Below, piece after piece: positions 10,662 through 23,335 of a stretch of 64,000 nt of DNA (within the stretch, counting starts at the first letter, position 1; each line of letters opens with the position of its first letter). The notes below the pieces were generated by a model, which was not told where the DNA came from, ran no database searches, and saw only the letters and a program-made list of their open reading frames with translations. The translations under genes were made by a program, and so were the position numbers. The DNA is from an uncultured Alphaproteobacteria bacterium (GTDB taxonomy: Bacteria; Pseudomonadota; Alphaproteobacteria; Rhizobiales; Xanthobacteraceae): NCBI GenBank assembly GCA_963800215.1, contig CAWCZY010000019.1, forward strand, positions 92,782-156,781, written 5' to 3'.

Positions 10662-12314
10662 CTACTGCGGCAGGACTTCGATGAAGCCCATGCGGCCCGG
10701 GATGTTGCCGGCGAAGTAGATACGGTTCGGATTGGTCGGATCGATATCGATGCGCCGCGCGTCGGTTTCCGCCTCGGGCAGCGGGAATTCGACCCACTCC
10801 TGCGTCTTGGGATCGAACCGGACGATCATGTCGGCCTGCTGCCCGCTCATCCAGACGTAGTTGTTCTTCTTGTCCACCACCACCGAATAGGACCCGATGA
10901 CGCTGGTGGGAGGCGAATAGATGGTCATCTGCCGGGTCTTGTGATCGATCTTCAAGAGCTTGCCGGCCTTCCACAGGCCGACCCAGAGATCCCCGTTGGC
11001 GTCGGCACCCAAGCGGCGCGGGTAGGCGTGGCCTGCATAGGGGATCTTGTATTCGTCGATCTTGCCGGTGGCGGGGTCGATTCTCGCCATCAGGTCGGCC
11101 TCGTCCTCGGCCCACCACACCGATCCGTCGCCCGCAACCGCCAGGCCGTAGGCACCGGGGTTCTTTTGGGTCTTGGTGGAGGGGGACGGGAAAATCTTGA
11201 ACTCGCCGGTCGCCGGGTCGAGTTCTCGTGCCTCGCCTCCGCCCCCTGTTCCCCAGATCGTGCCGTTTGGATGGATCGCCATGCTGTTGCCGCCGGCATT
11301 TCCTTTGCCTTTGGGCCAAGCATAGGAGACGAACTTCGCAGAGTTTGTGTCATAGCTGAGCCAGCGCGCATTCGGTCCATCCGGCAGCCACATCACGCCC
11401 TTGGAGTCGATCTGCGGATTGCCCAGGCTTTGGCGGTCCGGCGCCGCGGGGCCGGGCGGAGTATCGATCTCGGCGAACTCAAGCGTCTTGGCATCGAGGC
11501 GGCCCAGCTTGCCGGCGCGCTCCGCCACCCAGGGATTGCCCTTGGGATCCACCGCGACATCATGCGGCTCGGCATGATGGTTGACGAGCTCGTATTGCAC
11601 CGCGCGGTAGTTCACGGCCTTGCCGGTCAGCGTCGCTTTCGGCAGGCGGCTGTTGGCATCGTAGGGCTGCACCAGCGGGAATTTCTCCGACAGGTAGTTC
11701 ACGACCGTGGTCGCTTCCGCTGGGGTCAGGTCGGGAATCTTAGCGACCGACATGCGCGTACGCATCCTGGCGACGGTATGATCCCAGTCGTCCTGATCGG
11801 AGCGCTTGACGAGGACGCGCTGCAAGTCGTGGCACGAAGTGCATCGCTCGGCGACGAGGTCGTGTCCGGCGCCGGTGGGCAGGCCGGATTCGTCCGTGGG
11901 TGTCTGGTCGACTTGCGCCTCGGGTACCCGTTGCGGCCACGCCGGCGGCAGCGCCCGGCCCCGCTTTGCGGTGAGCAGCAGGCCGACCTTGGCGTCCTCG
12001 CCGCCGGCCGCCACGGTCACGTCGGAGAACCATTCGCTCTGATTGTCGCCGGCGACGCCCTGCACCCTGTACTTGCCCGGGGGCAGGTCCTTCGCCTCGA
12101 AGCGGCCCTGGTCCCGGCTGATCACCATGAAGGTCAACCGCTTCTGGTCGTTCTTCAATTTCACGAAGGCGCCGGCGATCGGCTTTCCCGATGCGTCGCT
12201 GACAACGCCCTGCACATTGCCGCCGTCCGCCGCCCAAACAGATTGAGCGATGATCAGCAGGGCGCCGGCGGCGATTCCCGTAGCCAGATTTCGGTCGAGG
12301 CTTCTCAGCGACAT
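10662..12314 (-). CDS. secreted protein: carboxypeptidase-regulatory-like domain, c-type haem-binding domain and Vgb (streptogramin lyase)-like beta-propeller
   Basis: ORF 10662..12314. Signal peptide; GNVQGVVSDASGKPIAGAFVKL...GKYRV; a single CTSCH motif followed by W..TV.RM...L...E...VV.YL; repeated propeller blades (DPKGNPWV, DSKGVMW, HPNGTIWG, AGDGSVWW, DANGDLWV). Confidence 0.8.
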   Translation of the reverse strand: MSLRSLDRNLATGIAAGALLIIAQSVWAADGGNVQGVVSDASGKPIAGAFVKLKNDQKRLTFMVISRDQGRFEAKDLPPGKYRVQGVAGDNQSEWFSDVTVAAGGEDAKVGLLLTAKRGRALPPAWPQRVPEAQVDQTPTDESGLPTGAGHDLVAERCTSCHDLQRVLVKRSDQDDWDHTVARMRTRMSVAKIPDLTPAEATTVVNYLSEKFPLVQPYDANSRLPKATLTGKAVNYRAVQYELVNHHAEPHDVAVDPKGNPWVAERAGKLGRLDAKTLEFAEIDTPPGPAAPDRQSLGNPQIDSKGVMWLPDGPNARWLSYDTNSAKFVSYAWPKGKGNAGGNSMAIHPNGTIWGTGGGGEARELDPATGEFKIFPSPSTKTQKNPGAYGLAVAGDGSVWWAEDEADLMARIDPATGKIDEYKIPYAGHAYPRRLGADANGDLWVGLWKAGKLLKIDHKTRQMTIYSPPTSVIGSYSVVVDKKNNYVWMSGQQADMIVRFDPKTQEWVEFPLPEAETDARRIDIDPTNPNRIYFAGNIPGRMGFIEVLPQ

Positions 12315-12514
12315 TTGGGTTCCTCCGTAAGGATGACTGTGGCGGGGCGGGCATTCATTCTGGTGTGAACTTGGCGAGCGAGGCCGGACGAGGCCCGACG
12401 CGAGCGGGGCCCGCGGTGCGAGGCCCGCGGTGCGAGGCCGCGACCAGCCTATAACAGGTCGTGGAGCCCATCAATGCCTCGCCGGCTTCGGACCCGCTCC
12501 TGTGGCCGGGGCCA

Positions 12515-14035
12515 TCACATGACGACTTCCACTATGCCCATCATGCCTTTGTCCTCATGGTCGACGGCGTGACAGTGATAGACGAAACGCCCCACGATCT
12601 CCGGATCGGTGAAGGGGATGACCACCTTCAATACGCCCGGCCCATCATCGGTCGCCGGCGAGATCGGGAACGTATCGCGCAGGCTGTCTTCATCCTGCCG
12701 CATCCCATTGATTTCGGTCACCAGGAACGCGGTCTGGTGGATATGGAAGCTGTGATATTGCTGATCGGTATTGACGATGGTCCATTCCTCGGTATCGCCC
12801 AGTTTCACCGTCTGGTCGACGCGGTTATCGTCCATGACCCGGCCATCGATCATGAAGACGCTGCGGTCCTCGGTCCTCGAATATTCCAGACGCCGGCGGC
12901 GCGCGATCGGGCTGGCCCGCACCGCGTCGATCCATCGCGGGCGGTCGTTGCGAAAAAGCAAGACCTCGGCTTCGGCGTCCGCTGACGCCCGCGATCCGGT
13001 GGATACGATGGTCGCAATTTGCTGTGCCGGAAACGGCTCTCGCCAAGCCATGTTCTTGAACAGCTTCGTTCCCATGGCGTATTCGCCGGCCGGCGGACCG
13101 ACCACGATCGCATCGATCCGCTGACCGGGGCCGATCAGGAACTCGCTCGACTTGCGCGGCCGCGACAACGGATGACCGTCCGTCGCCACCACATAGAGCG
13201 CCATCCCCTCGATTTGAAACGGGAAGAACAGCGAGGCCCCGATGTTTGCGATCCGCCAGAATTGCATCTCGCCCGGCCGGATTTCGACCACCGGGTTGAG
13301 TTGGCCGTTGATCGAGATGACTTCGCGGCCACCGCCGGGCTGCAGGTGCTTGATCAGGAAGAACCGTTCCGGCAGGCCCTTCAAGATCGGAAACTGCGTT
13401 TCGGAGCCCTCCACCACGAGGCCGCCGGACATGCCGCCGAGAATCTGCTTGTTGACGAAGCCGTGATCATGCGGGTGATACCAGAACAAGCCCGGCCCCT
13501 GCCGGCCCGCGCGGGGAACGACGACCTCGTATTCGAACTCTCGACCCGGACGCACCTGGATGAAGACATTGTCGCTTCTGGCGCGCGGCGACACGCTCAT
13601 GCCGTGAAAATGCAGGTTCGAGGGACTATCGGTCAACTCGTTCCTGAGCCTGATCCGCATGACATCGCCCAGGCGCACCCTGAGCAGCGGCGGCAGGTAG
13701 GAGCCGTTGTAGAGATATCCGGGGATTTCATATTCGCCGACGTGCAACGGGCTTTGAGCGGCGGTGAGCATTGCGTCGAGAATGCCGTTCTTGCTGCGAA
13801 TTTCCGGCGGTTGAACCAACGGCTCCCGCGCCGCGTTCGCCCGGTCGGAGCGCAGCAGCGCGACGCCCGGACCCAACAGCCCGGCGCCCAGCAGCCCGGC
13901 ACCCAGGCGCCGCACCGATGCGGCTGCGAGGCCCGCATGCCCGACGGCCCTCAGGAAAGAGCGTCGGTCTCGGCGTCCCGGTCCTGAAGTGGGGTCCATT
14001 TGTCCTGTTCCGTCGAAAGCGCTATCGTCCTGCAT
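12515..14035 (-). CDS. multicopper oxidase with Tat signal
   Basis: ATG at 14035 (or 13999) inside ORF 12515..14407. Twin-arginine RRDRRSFL. Copper motifs HFHG, WYHPH, HSFHIH and HCHAVDHEDKGMM. Confidence 0.9.
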   Translation of the reverse strand: MQDDSAFDGTGQMDPTSGPGRRDRRSFLRAVGHAGLAAASVRRLGAGLLGAGLLGPGVALLRSDRANAAREPLVQPPEIRSKNGILDAMLTAAQSPLHVGEYEIPGYLYNGSYLPPLLRVRLGDVMRIRLRNELTDSPSNLHFHGMSVSPRARSDNVFIQVRPGREFEYEVVVPRAGRQGPGLFWYHPHDHGFVNKQILGGMSGGLVVEGSETQFPILKGLPERFFLIKHLQPGGGREVISINGQLNPVVEIRPGEMQFWRIANIGASLFFPFQIEGMALYVVATDGHPLSRPRKSSEFLIGPGQRIDAIVVGPPAGEYAMGTKLFKNMAWREPFPAQQIATIVSTGSRASADAEAEVLLFRNDRPRWIDAVRASPIARRRRLEYSRTEDRSVFMIDGRVMDDNRVDQTVKLGDTEEWTIVNTDQQYHSFHIHQTAFLVTEINGMRQDEDSLRDTFPISPATDDGPGVLKVVIPFTDPEIVGRFVYHCHAVDHEDKGMMGIVEVVM

Positions 14036-14136
14036 CGATGAATTGTGCTCCGTTGCCTGGGCTTTTTCACATGAACTTTTTCGCGACCGATGGACACATG
14101 AAACGCCGACGCTGGCGATACTCACGAGGTGGTGAT

Positions 14137-15165
14137 ATGGGCATCGAAAGAAGAGTCGCCGCGGTGGCCGTCCTGGCCGCGCTCGGCCTGATCGTGGTTG
14201 CGCCGGTCGGACCGGCGACTGCACAGGCGCCCGATCTCGCCGCCCTGAAACGAGACTATCGGCGTCCGCCGCCGGTCGCCATTGAAAATCAGGCGCTGGC
14301 CGACCTCGGCCGTCAATTGTTCTTCGATCCGCGCATCTCCGCGTCGGGCAAGACGGCCTGCGCCAGCTGCCACGCGCCCGAGCTCGGCTGGGTGGTGACG
14401 GACGCACACCCGCTCAACAATTCGGGCAAGCCGAGCGGGCGCAAGGCGCAACCGCTGATCGGATTGGGTCACGCCGGAAATGCGCCGGTCGGATGGGACG
14501 GGCGCAACCCCACGCTGGAAGCGCAGGCCAAAAACTCGATCGCCACCGGCTCTATGTCGATGCGCGAGACCGCAACGCCGGTGAAGGTCGAGGCGATCGA
14601 GGGACGCGTCCGGTCGGCCCCCGATTACGTCGCGAAATTCAATGCGGCTTTGCCCGGCAAGCCGATCGACGTCGATACTATCGCCCAGGCGATAGCCGCC
14701 TTCGAGCGCACCATCGAGCCGGGGCTCGCGCCGTTCGATCGCTGGGTCGCGGGCGATGAAGCTGCGATCCCGGCTTCCGCCAAGCGCGGCTTCGCGCTGT
14801 TCACCGGCAAGGCGGGTTGTTCGGCCTGCCACTCCGGCTGGAGGTTCACCGACGATCATTTCCACGACATCGGGACGACGACCACCGATCTCGGACGCGG
14901 GCGGGAGGTCAAGGACGAGTCCCTGAATTATGCTTTCAAGACCCCGACGCTGCGCTCGGTTGCGCTCCGCGCGCCGTACATGCACAACGCCTCCGTCGCG
15001 ACGCTGGCCGACGTGGTGAAACTTTATGAAAAGGGCGGCATCGAACGGCCGAGCCGCTCGCCCATGCTGTTTCCAACCGGATTGACCGACCAGGACCGGC
15101 TCGATCTCGTCGCCTTCATGGAAACGCTGACGGGGAATGACGCCAGCCAGGGAAAAGCGCGGTAG
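14137..15165 (+). CDS. di-haem cytochrome c peroxidase / MauG family protein
   Basis: ATG at 14137 inside ORF 13771..15165. Signal peptide; two CxxCH motifs (CASCH, CSACH); FFDPRISASG and TPTLRSVALRAPYMHN motifs. Confidence 0.9.
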   Translation: MGIERRVAAVAVLAALGLIVVAPVGPATAQAPDLAALKRDYRRPPPVAIENQALADLGRQLFFDPRISASGKTACASCHAPELGWVVTDAHPLNNSGKPSGRKAQPLIGLGHAGNAPVGWDGRNPTLEAQAKNSIATGSMSMRETATPVKVEAIEGRVRSAPDYVAKFNAALPGKPIDVDTIAQAIAAFERTIEPGLAPFDRWVAGDEAAIPASAKRGFALFTGKAGCSACHSGWRFTDDHFHDIGTTTTDLGRGREVKDESLNYAFKTPTLRSVALRAPYMHNASVATLADVVKLYEKGGIERPSRSPMLFPTGLTDQDRLDLVAFMETLTGNDASQGKAR

Positions 15166-15311
15166 TGGCGCACGCGCTGCGGGGAGGGAAAGTATTAACC
15201 ACCGGCGAAATTGGGCATCGGCGTAAATTCATCGAACAGCGCTGCGTGATATGCCGGGGTCACCGCTTCAACGCATGATCCCGAAAGGCTGCAGGCTCTT
15301 CGGACAAGATC

Positions 15312-16382
15312 ATGCGCAAACGAGACCGCCCGATGAAATCGTCCATCATCCGCACCGGATTCGATACGCTCTATTTCAGCGGGGTCCACGCCCTGCTGCG
15401 CCGGTTCTTCGAAGGGGTCGGCGCGATCCTGATGCTCCATCACGTGCGCCCGCCCCGCCGCAGCGAATTTCAGCCGAACAAGGGGCTCGAGGTGTCGCCG
15501 GAATTCCTGTCGCACACGATCGAATGGCTGCGCAGGGAGGCGATCGACATCGTCTCCCTCGACGAGATGCACCGCCGTCTCGCCGAACGCGACTTCGGCC
15601 GCCGCTTCGTCTGCATCACCTTCGATGACGGATATCGCGACAATAAGGTGTGGGCCTATCCGATCCTCAAAGCCCGGCAGGCGCCGTTCGCGATCTACAT
15701 TCCGACCAGCTTTCCCGACCGCCGCGCCAAATTGTGGTGGCTCGCCCTGGAGACCGTCATCGCCGACAACGACAGCGTCGTCGTGACGATCGACGGCCGC
15801 GAGCAGCGCCATGACTGCGCCAGCGCCGCGCAGAAGCGCGAGGTCTACGAGACCATCTATTGGTGGCTGCGCGGATTGGCAGAGGAAGCCGACATCCATG
15901 CCTTCGTCGAAGCCCTGGCGGCGCGCTATGGGGTCGACATGGCGCCGGTCGGCGACGCGCTCTGCATGACCTGGGACGAGATCAGGGAGCTCGCGGCGGA
16001 TCCGCTGGTGACCATGGGCGCCCATACCGTCAATCACGCCATGCTCGGCAAGGCGAATGAGGCGACGGCGCGCGCCGAGCTCGAGGCCAGCCGCGACGTC
16101 ATCGCGGCGGCGCTCGGAAAGCCGGTCTTCCATTTCGCCTATCCCTATGGCGGGCCCGACCTCGTCGGCAAGCGCGAGTTCCGCATCGCCGCCGAGCTCG
16201 GTTACAAGACCGCGGTGACGACGCGTCCCGGCGTGCTGTTTCCCGAGCATGCCGCGCACATGACGGCGCTGCCGCGGCTCTCCCTCAATGGCGAATACCA
16301 GGAAGCGCGATACCTCGAGGTACTGATGTCGGGCACCGCGACCGCGCTCTTCAACCGTTTCCGCCGGGTCAGCGCGGCGTAG
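15312..16382 (+). CDS. polysaccharide deacetylase (NodB homology) family protein
   Basis: ORF 15312..16382. Motifs FVCITFDDGYRDN, MGAHTVNH and FAYPYG. The start may be the ATG at 15333. Confidence 0.85.
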   Translation: MRKRDRPMKSSIIRTGFDTLYFSGVHALLRRFFEGVGAILMLHHVRPPRRSEFQPNKGLEVSPEFLSHTIEWLRREAIDIVSLDEMHRRLAERDFGRRFVCITFDDGYRDNKVWAYPILKARQAPFAIYIPTSFPDRRAKLWWLALETVIADNDSVVVTIDGREQRHDCASAAQKREVYETIYWWLRGLAEEADIHAFVEALAARYGVDMAPVGDALCMTWDEIRELAADPLVTMGAHTVNHAMLGKANEATARAELEASRDVIAAALGKPVFHFAYPYGGPDLVGKREFRIAAELGYKTAVTTRPGVLFPEHAAHMTALPRLSLNGEYQEARYLEVLMSGTATALFNRFRRVSAA

Positions 16383-16463
16383 CCGACGGCAGGTCGTTGC
16401 GGTTATAAAACATCGGCAGTTTTTCGGGATCGTGCGCAAGGCATCCAATCCCCGGAGATTCGA

Positions 16464-17231
16464 ATGCCTGCGGGCGAAGTGGTCCTCCTGGTCGTGGACA
16501 ATGGCCTCTGCCGCATCGCCGCGCGCAGGCTCGCCGCCAGGTTTCCCGGCCTCGAGATCATCGTCGAGCAGCAGGTTCCGCGCCTGTCCCTGGTGCGCGG
16601 CCGGCTCAAGCGGTTCGGCCTCGCCCACACGGCCGGACAGCTGGCGTTCATCGTGTTCTCCCGGATTCTCCGTCGGGCCGCGGCTGGGCGCATCGCGGAG
16701 ATCATCGCGGCGGAGGGATTGGACCCGCGATGGCCGAACGGGACTGAATTGATCGAGGTCACGTCGGTCAATGCGCCGGAAGCGATCGCGCGCCTGCGCC
16801 AGCTGCAGCCGAAGGTCGTGCTCGTGGTCGGCACCCGGATCATCAGCCGCACGGTGCTGGCGTCGGTCGCCGCGCCCTTCATCAATTATCACGACGGGAT
16901 CACACCGAAATACCGTGGCATCCATGGCGGCTACTGGGCCAATGCGCAGGGCGACCTCGCTAATTTCGGCGTCACGGTACATCTGGTCGACCCCGGCATC
17001 GACACCGGCGCGGTGCTCTACCAGGCGCGGCCCAAGCCGTCCGCCCGGGACAATTACGCGACGTTCTCCTACCTGCAGATCGCCGCCGCCCTGCCGCTGC
17101 TCGAACGCGCCGCGGAGGACGCCCTCAGGGGGACGCTGACCCCGCAGACGGTCGACCTGCCGTCGCTGCTGTGGTCGCACCCGACGCTGTGGGGCTACCT
17201 CGCGACCGGCCTGCGGCGCGGCGCCTGGTGA
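16464..17231 (+). CDS. formyltransferase family protein
   Basis: ORF 16464..17231. Motifs FINYHDGITPKYRGIHGGYWA and GVTVHLVDPGIDTG resemble the Formyl_trans_N core. Confidence 0.8.
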   Translation: MPAGEVVLLVVDNGLCRIAARRLAARFPGLEIIVEQQVPRLSLVRGRLKRFGLAHTAGQLAFIVFSRILRRAAAGRIAEIIAAEGLDPRWPNGTELIEVTSVNAPEAIARLRQLQPKVVLVVGTRIISRTVLASVAAPFINYHDGITPKYRGIHGGYWANAQGDLANFGVTVHLVDPGIDTGAVLYQARPKPSARDNYATFSYLQIAAALPLLERAAEDALRGTLTPQTVDLPSLLWSHPTLWGYLATGLRRGAW

Positions 17232-17330
17232 GCCGGCACGAGCCTCGCCCCATAGCCCGAACGAACGGGGCCGGTTGCCCATGGGCCGCGTTGCATGCTA
17301 TTGCATCCATATTGGAGCCGGAATGGAGCC

Positions 17331-17567
17331 ATGCCAGTAAATCTATCGATCAAGAATGCGCCCGACGATGTCGTGGCGAGGCTGCGGCGGCGGGCCGAAC
17401 AGCATCATCGGTCGCTGCAGGGTGAACTGCTGGCGATTATCGAAGCTGCGGTTCGGGAGGATCAACCGGCCACCGCCGCCGACATTCTGGCCGAAGTTCG
17501 CCGCCTCGGCTTGCAGACACCCGGCGAGGCCGCTGCCCTGATCCGCGCCGACCGTGACCACCGTTAA
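17331..17567 (+). CDS. vapB: ribbon-helix-helix (FitA/Arc-like) antitoxin
   Basis: ATG at 17331 inside ORF 17295..17567 (MPVNLSIKNAPDDVVARLRRRAEQHHRSLQGE). Overlaps the following PIN gene by 14 nt. Confidence 0.8.
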   Translation: MPVNLSIKNAPDDVVARLRRRAEQHHRSLQGELLAIIEAAVREDQPATAADILAEVRRLGLQTPGEAAALIRADRDHR

Positions 17568-17931
17568 AGTCGTCGACACATCCGCCTTGGCCGCCCTCCT
17601 GTTCGGCGAACCGGACGCCGAGGACGTGGCGGCCCGGCTCGACGGTGCGCGGTTTGCAGCGCCCGGCCTGCTCGGTTTCGAGTTGGCAAATGTCTGCGCC
17701 ACCAAGTGCAGGCGCCACCCCGGTCAGCGCGGCGCGCTTCTCGCCGCCTTCCGATTACGCGAGCGGCTCGCAATCCAGGAGATCGCGGTCGACTACGCCG
17801 CGGCACTCGAGATTGCGCTGGCGACCGGCCTTACCGCCTATGATGCGAGTTACCTCTGGCTGGCGCGCCAGCTCGGCGCTGAACTCGTCACCCTCGATAA
17901 GAAACTCCGGGCGGCAGCGCGCATCCGCTGA
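17554..17931 (+). CDS. vapC: PIN-domain toxin VapC
   Basis: ORF 17554..17931, GTG start. VVDTSALAALL at the N-terminus and AYDASYLWLA...LVTLDKKL at the C-terminus supply the acidic PIN residues. Confidence 0.85.
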   Translation: MTTVKVVDTSALAALLFGEPDAEDVAARLDGARFAAPGLLGFELANVCATKCRRHPGQRGALLAAFRLRERLAIQEIAVDYAAALEIALATGLTAYDASYLWLARQLGAELVTLDKKLRAAARIR

Positions 17932-17947
17932 CAGCGAGCCTCATCCC

Positions 17948-18047
17948 GTAGTCCGCATGAAGCGAAGCGCAATGCGGGTCGGCCTCAAGGCCTCACGTCA
18001 GCCCGGCCGCCGCCCCCGGATTGCGCCGAAAGCGCAATCCGGGCTAC
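17948..18047. repeat. REP-like palindrome (GTAG.CCG...ATGCGGG family) between convergent vapC and gltA
   Basis: GTAGTCCGCATGAAGCGAAGCGCAATGCGGG pairs with CCCGGATTGCGCCGAAAGCGCAATCCGGGCTAC. Confidence 0.6.
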
Positions 18048-18060
18048 AGCCATGCCTGCG

Positions 18061-19371
<1,311 letters not shown>

Positions 19372-19593
19372 GCTCGTACCCTCACTATGATTGTGCTGCA
19401 GTGCGCTGCCGAACTCGCTGCCTGGAGGTGGGCGATCGTTTGCTCCGCTGGGCGCGCGCGCATTGCCAGCTATTATTTGCTAGCGCAGTTGTGTGTGCGC
19501 TGCAAGATACGCGCTGCCTCTTATTAAGCCGCTGCCTATGCGCCATGCAAGGGTGCACGCGAAACATGCAATCGGCGTGGAAACCGGTGTGGC

Positions 19594-21024
19594 TCAGGCG
19601 GCGTTGCGCGCCAGGTCGGCCAGGCGGGCGAGGCTTTCCTGCTTGCCGAGAACCTGCAACACGTCGAAAATGCCAGGCGAGGTCGGCCGTCCCGTCAGCG
19701 CCGCGCGCAGCGGTTGGGCGACCGCGCCGAGCTTGATCTCTTTGCGCTCGGCAAAGGTGCGAACCGTGTTCTCGGTCGCCGCGGCCGTCCAGGGATCCAC
19801 GTGTGACAGGTCGGTCATCAGCTCGGCGAGGATGGCGCAGGCCTCCGGGTTGAGCAGGGCCTTGGCCTTGTCGTCGAGCGCGATCGGGCGATCGGCATAG
19901 AGAAACCGCGCGCTGTCAATGAGTTCGACGAGGTTTTTCGCGCGCTCTTTCAGCCCGGGCATGGCCGCTTGCAGCTGCGCCTTGAGTTCAGGCGTGAATT
20001 TTGCCGCGAGCGCGGCGCCGTTGGCGAGATGCGGTAACAGGCGCTCGATGGTGTCGACGAGTTCGGCGTCGCTCGATTGGCGGATGTAGTGCCCGTTGAG
20101 GCTTTCGAGCTTGGCAAAATCGAACCGCGCCGGCGAACGCCCGATCTGGGGCAGGTCGAACGTATCGACCATCTCCTCCGCGGTGAAGATTTCCTGATCG
20201 CCGTGGCTCCAGCCGAGCCGCACCAGGTAGTTGCGCATCGCCGCCGGCAGGTAGCCCATGGCACGGTAGGCGTCGACGCCGAGCGCGCCGTGGCGCTTGG
20301 AGAGCTTCGAGCCGTCCGGCCCGTGGATCAGCGGGATGTGCGCCATGACCGGCACCTTCCAGCCGAGCGCCTGGTAGATCTGGGATTGCCGCGCCGCGTT
20401 GGTGAGGTGGTCGTCGCCGCGGATGACGTGGGTGATGCCCATGTCATGGTCGTCGACGACGACGGCGAGCATGTAGGTCGGCGTGCCGTCCGAGCGCAGC
20501 AACACGAGGTCGTCGAGATTCTCGTTCTGCCAGACCACGCGGCCCTGGACCTGGTCCTCGATCACTGTCTCGCCGGCCAGCGGCGCCCGCAACCGGATCA
20601 CCGGCTTTACGCCGGGCGGCGCGTCCGCAGGGTCGCGGTCGCGCCAGCGCCCGTCATAGAGCTTGGAGCGGCCCTCGCTGCGGGCCTTCTCGCGCATCTC
20701 GTCGAGTTCCTGCTGGGACGCATAGCAGCGATAGGCCTGGCCCGCGGCCAGCAATTGTGCCGCCACCTCGCGATGGCGGTCGGCGCGGGAAAACTGGTAG
20801 ATGACGCCGCCGTCCCAGTCGATCCCGAGCCAGCTGAGCCCGTCGAGGATGGCGTCGATCGCCGCCTTGGTGGAGCGTTCGCGATCGGTGTCCTCGATCC
20901 GCAGCAGCATCCTACCGCCGCGGCCGCGCGCATAGAGCCAATTGAACAGCGCGGTGCGCCCGCCGCCGATGTGCAGAAATCCGGTCGGCGACGGCGCAAA
21001 ACGGGTGACGACTTGCTCGGGCAT
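19594..21024 (-). CDS. gltX: glutamate--tRNA ligase
   Basis: ORF 19594..21039, with ATG at 21024 preferred ([21 protein letters not shown]). KMSKS-like LSKRHG motif. Confidence 0.95.
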   Translation of the reverse strand: MPEQVVTRFAPSPTGFLHIGGGRTALFNWLYARGRGGRMLLRIEDTDRERSTKAAIDAILDGLSWLGIDWDGGVIYQFSRADRHREVAAQLLAAGQAYRCYASQQELDEMREKARSEGRSKLYDGRWRDRDPADAPPGVKPVIRLRAPLAGETVIEDQVQGRVVWQNENLDDLVLLRSDGTPTYMLAVVVDDHDMGITHVIRGDDHLTNAARQSQIYQALGWKVPVMAHIPLIHGPDGSKLSKRHGALGVDAYRAMGYLPAAMRNYLVRLGWSHGDQEIFTAEEMVDTFDLPQIGRSPARFDFAKLESLNGHYIRQSSDAELVDTIERLLPHLANGAALAAKFTPELKAQLQAAMPGLKERAKNLVELIDSARFLYADRPIALDDKAKALLNPEACAILAELMTDLSHVDPWTAAATENTVRTFAERKEIKLGAVAQPLRAALTGRPTSPGIFDVLQVLGKQESLARLADLARNAA

Positions 21025-21335
21025 GAATGGGAATGACACCTCGCAGCATGCAATGCGGCCCCTGTAACATAGGTCGGGCGAAACATGTCACGGCAAAAAT
21101 CGTCTCGACCGCGCGTGTCCCCATTGAAAATTGGACCGCCGGGAAGCGTTCGTGTAAGGGGCAGGCGAGCGGCCGAGCCGAGTTCGCAGCCCGCATGGGA
21201 GCGATGCGGACATGCGGGGAGGGGAGTCCCGGATTTCGCCAGAACGCGTCGAAGGCGCGCGTAAACGCGCTTGAGGCTCAATCCGGGTTACACCGGTCAG
21301 AAGCGGAACTCTGGGTTGAAGGATATCCAACAGCA

Positions 21336-23015
<1,680 letters not shown>

Positions 23016-23049
23016 ACGATGGATAACATCTTGCGCACGACGTTGTCAG

Positions 23050-23307
23050 TTACTCGGGTGAGCCATCCCCGCCATAGAGAAAATCCTGGCTTCTCGCGGC
23101 GTTCGGCCCGTCGGTCGCGTTTGCGGCTCCGGACCTGCGGGCGGCTTCGAGCAGCATCCGGCGTGCGTTGGGCTGGGAAACAGCTTTGACGGGCAAGAGG
23201 CGTACGACGGCTTTGCCGTGGCGGGTCAGGATGATCTCATCTCCTGCTTCGGCACGCCGCACCAATTCGGTCAACTGGCCCTCGGCGTCTGTCACGGAGA
23301 TCTGCAT
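23050..23307 (-). CDS. Phd/YefM family antitoxin with no adjacent toxin
   Basis: ATG at 23307 inside ORF 23050..23511 (MQISVTDAEGQLTELVRRAEAGDEIILTRHGKAVVRLLP). Only 34 nt separate its stop from the glnS stop. Confidence 0.8.
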   Translation of the reverse strand: MQISVTDAEGQLTELVRRAEAGDEIILTRHGKAVVRLLPVKAVSQPNARRMLLEAARRSGAANATDGPNAARSQDFLYGGDGSPE

Positions 23308-23335
23308 GTCGTCATCCATACTTGGTAAAACGCGC

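Noticed and set aside
10500-12368. 622-aa plus-strand ORF
   Set aside because: It is antisense to the haem-propeller gene, which has a signal peptide, a CxxCH motif and repeated blades. It is a shadow ORF.
12385-12440. Short tandem duplication GCCCGCGGTGCGAG x2 between the MCO and haem-propeller genes
   Set aside because: Only two copies of a 14-mer in GC-rich intergenic DNA, with nothing to indicate function.
15195-17282. 695-aa ORF on the minus strand spanning two plus-strand genes
   Set aside because: It is antisense to a recognisable polysaccharide deacetylase and formyltransferase. Its Arg/Gly/Asp-rich composition is typical of shadow ORFs in high-GC DNA, and it has no recognisable motifs.
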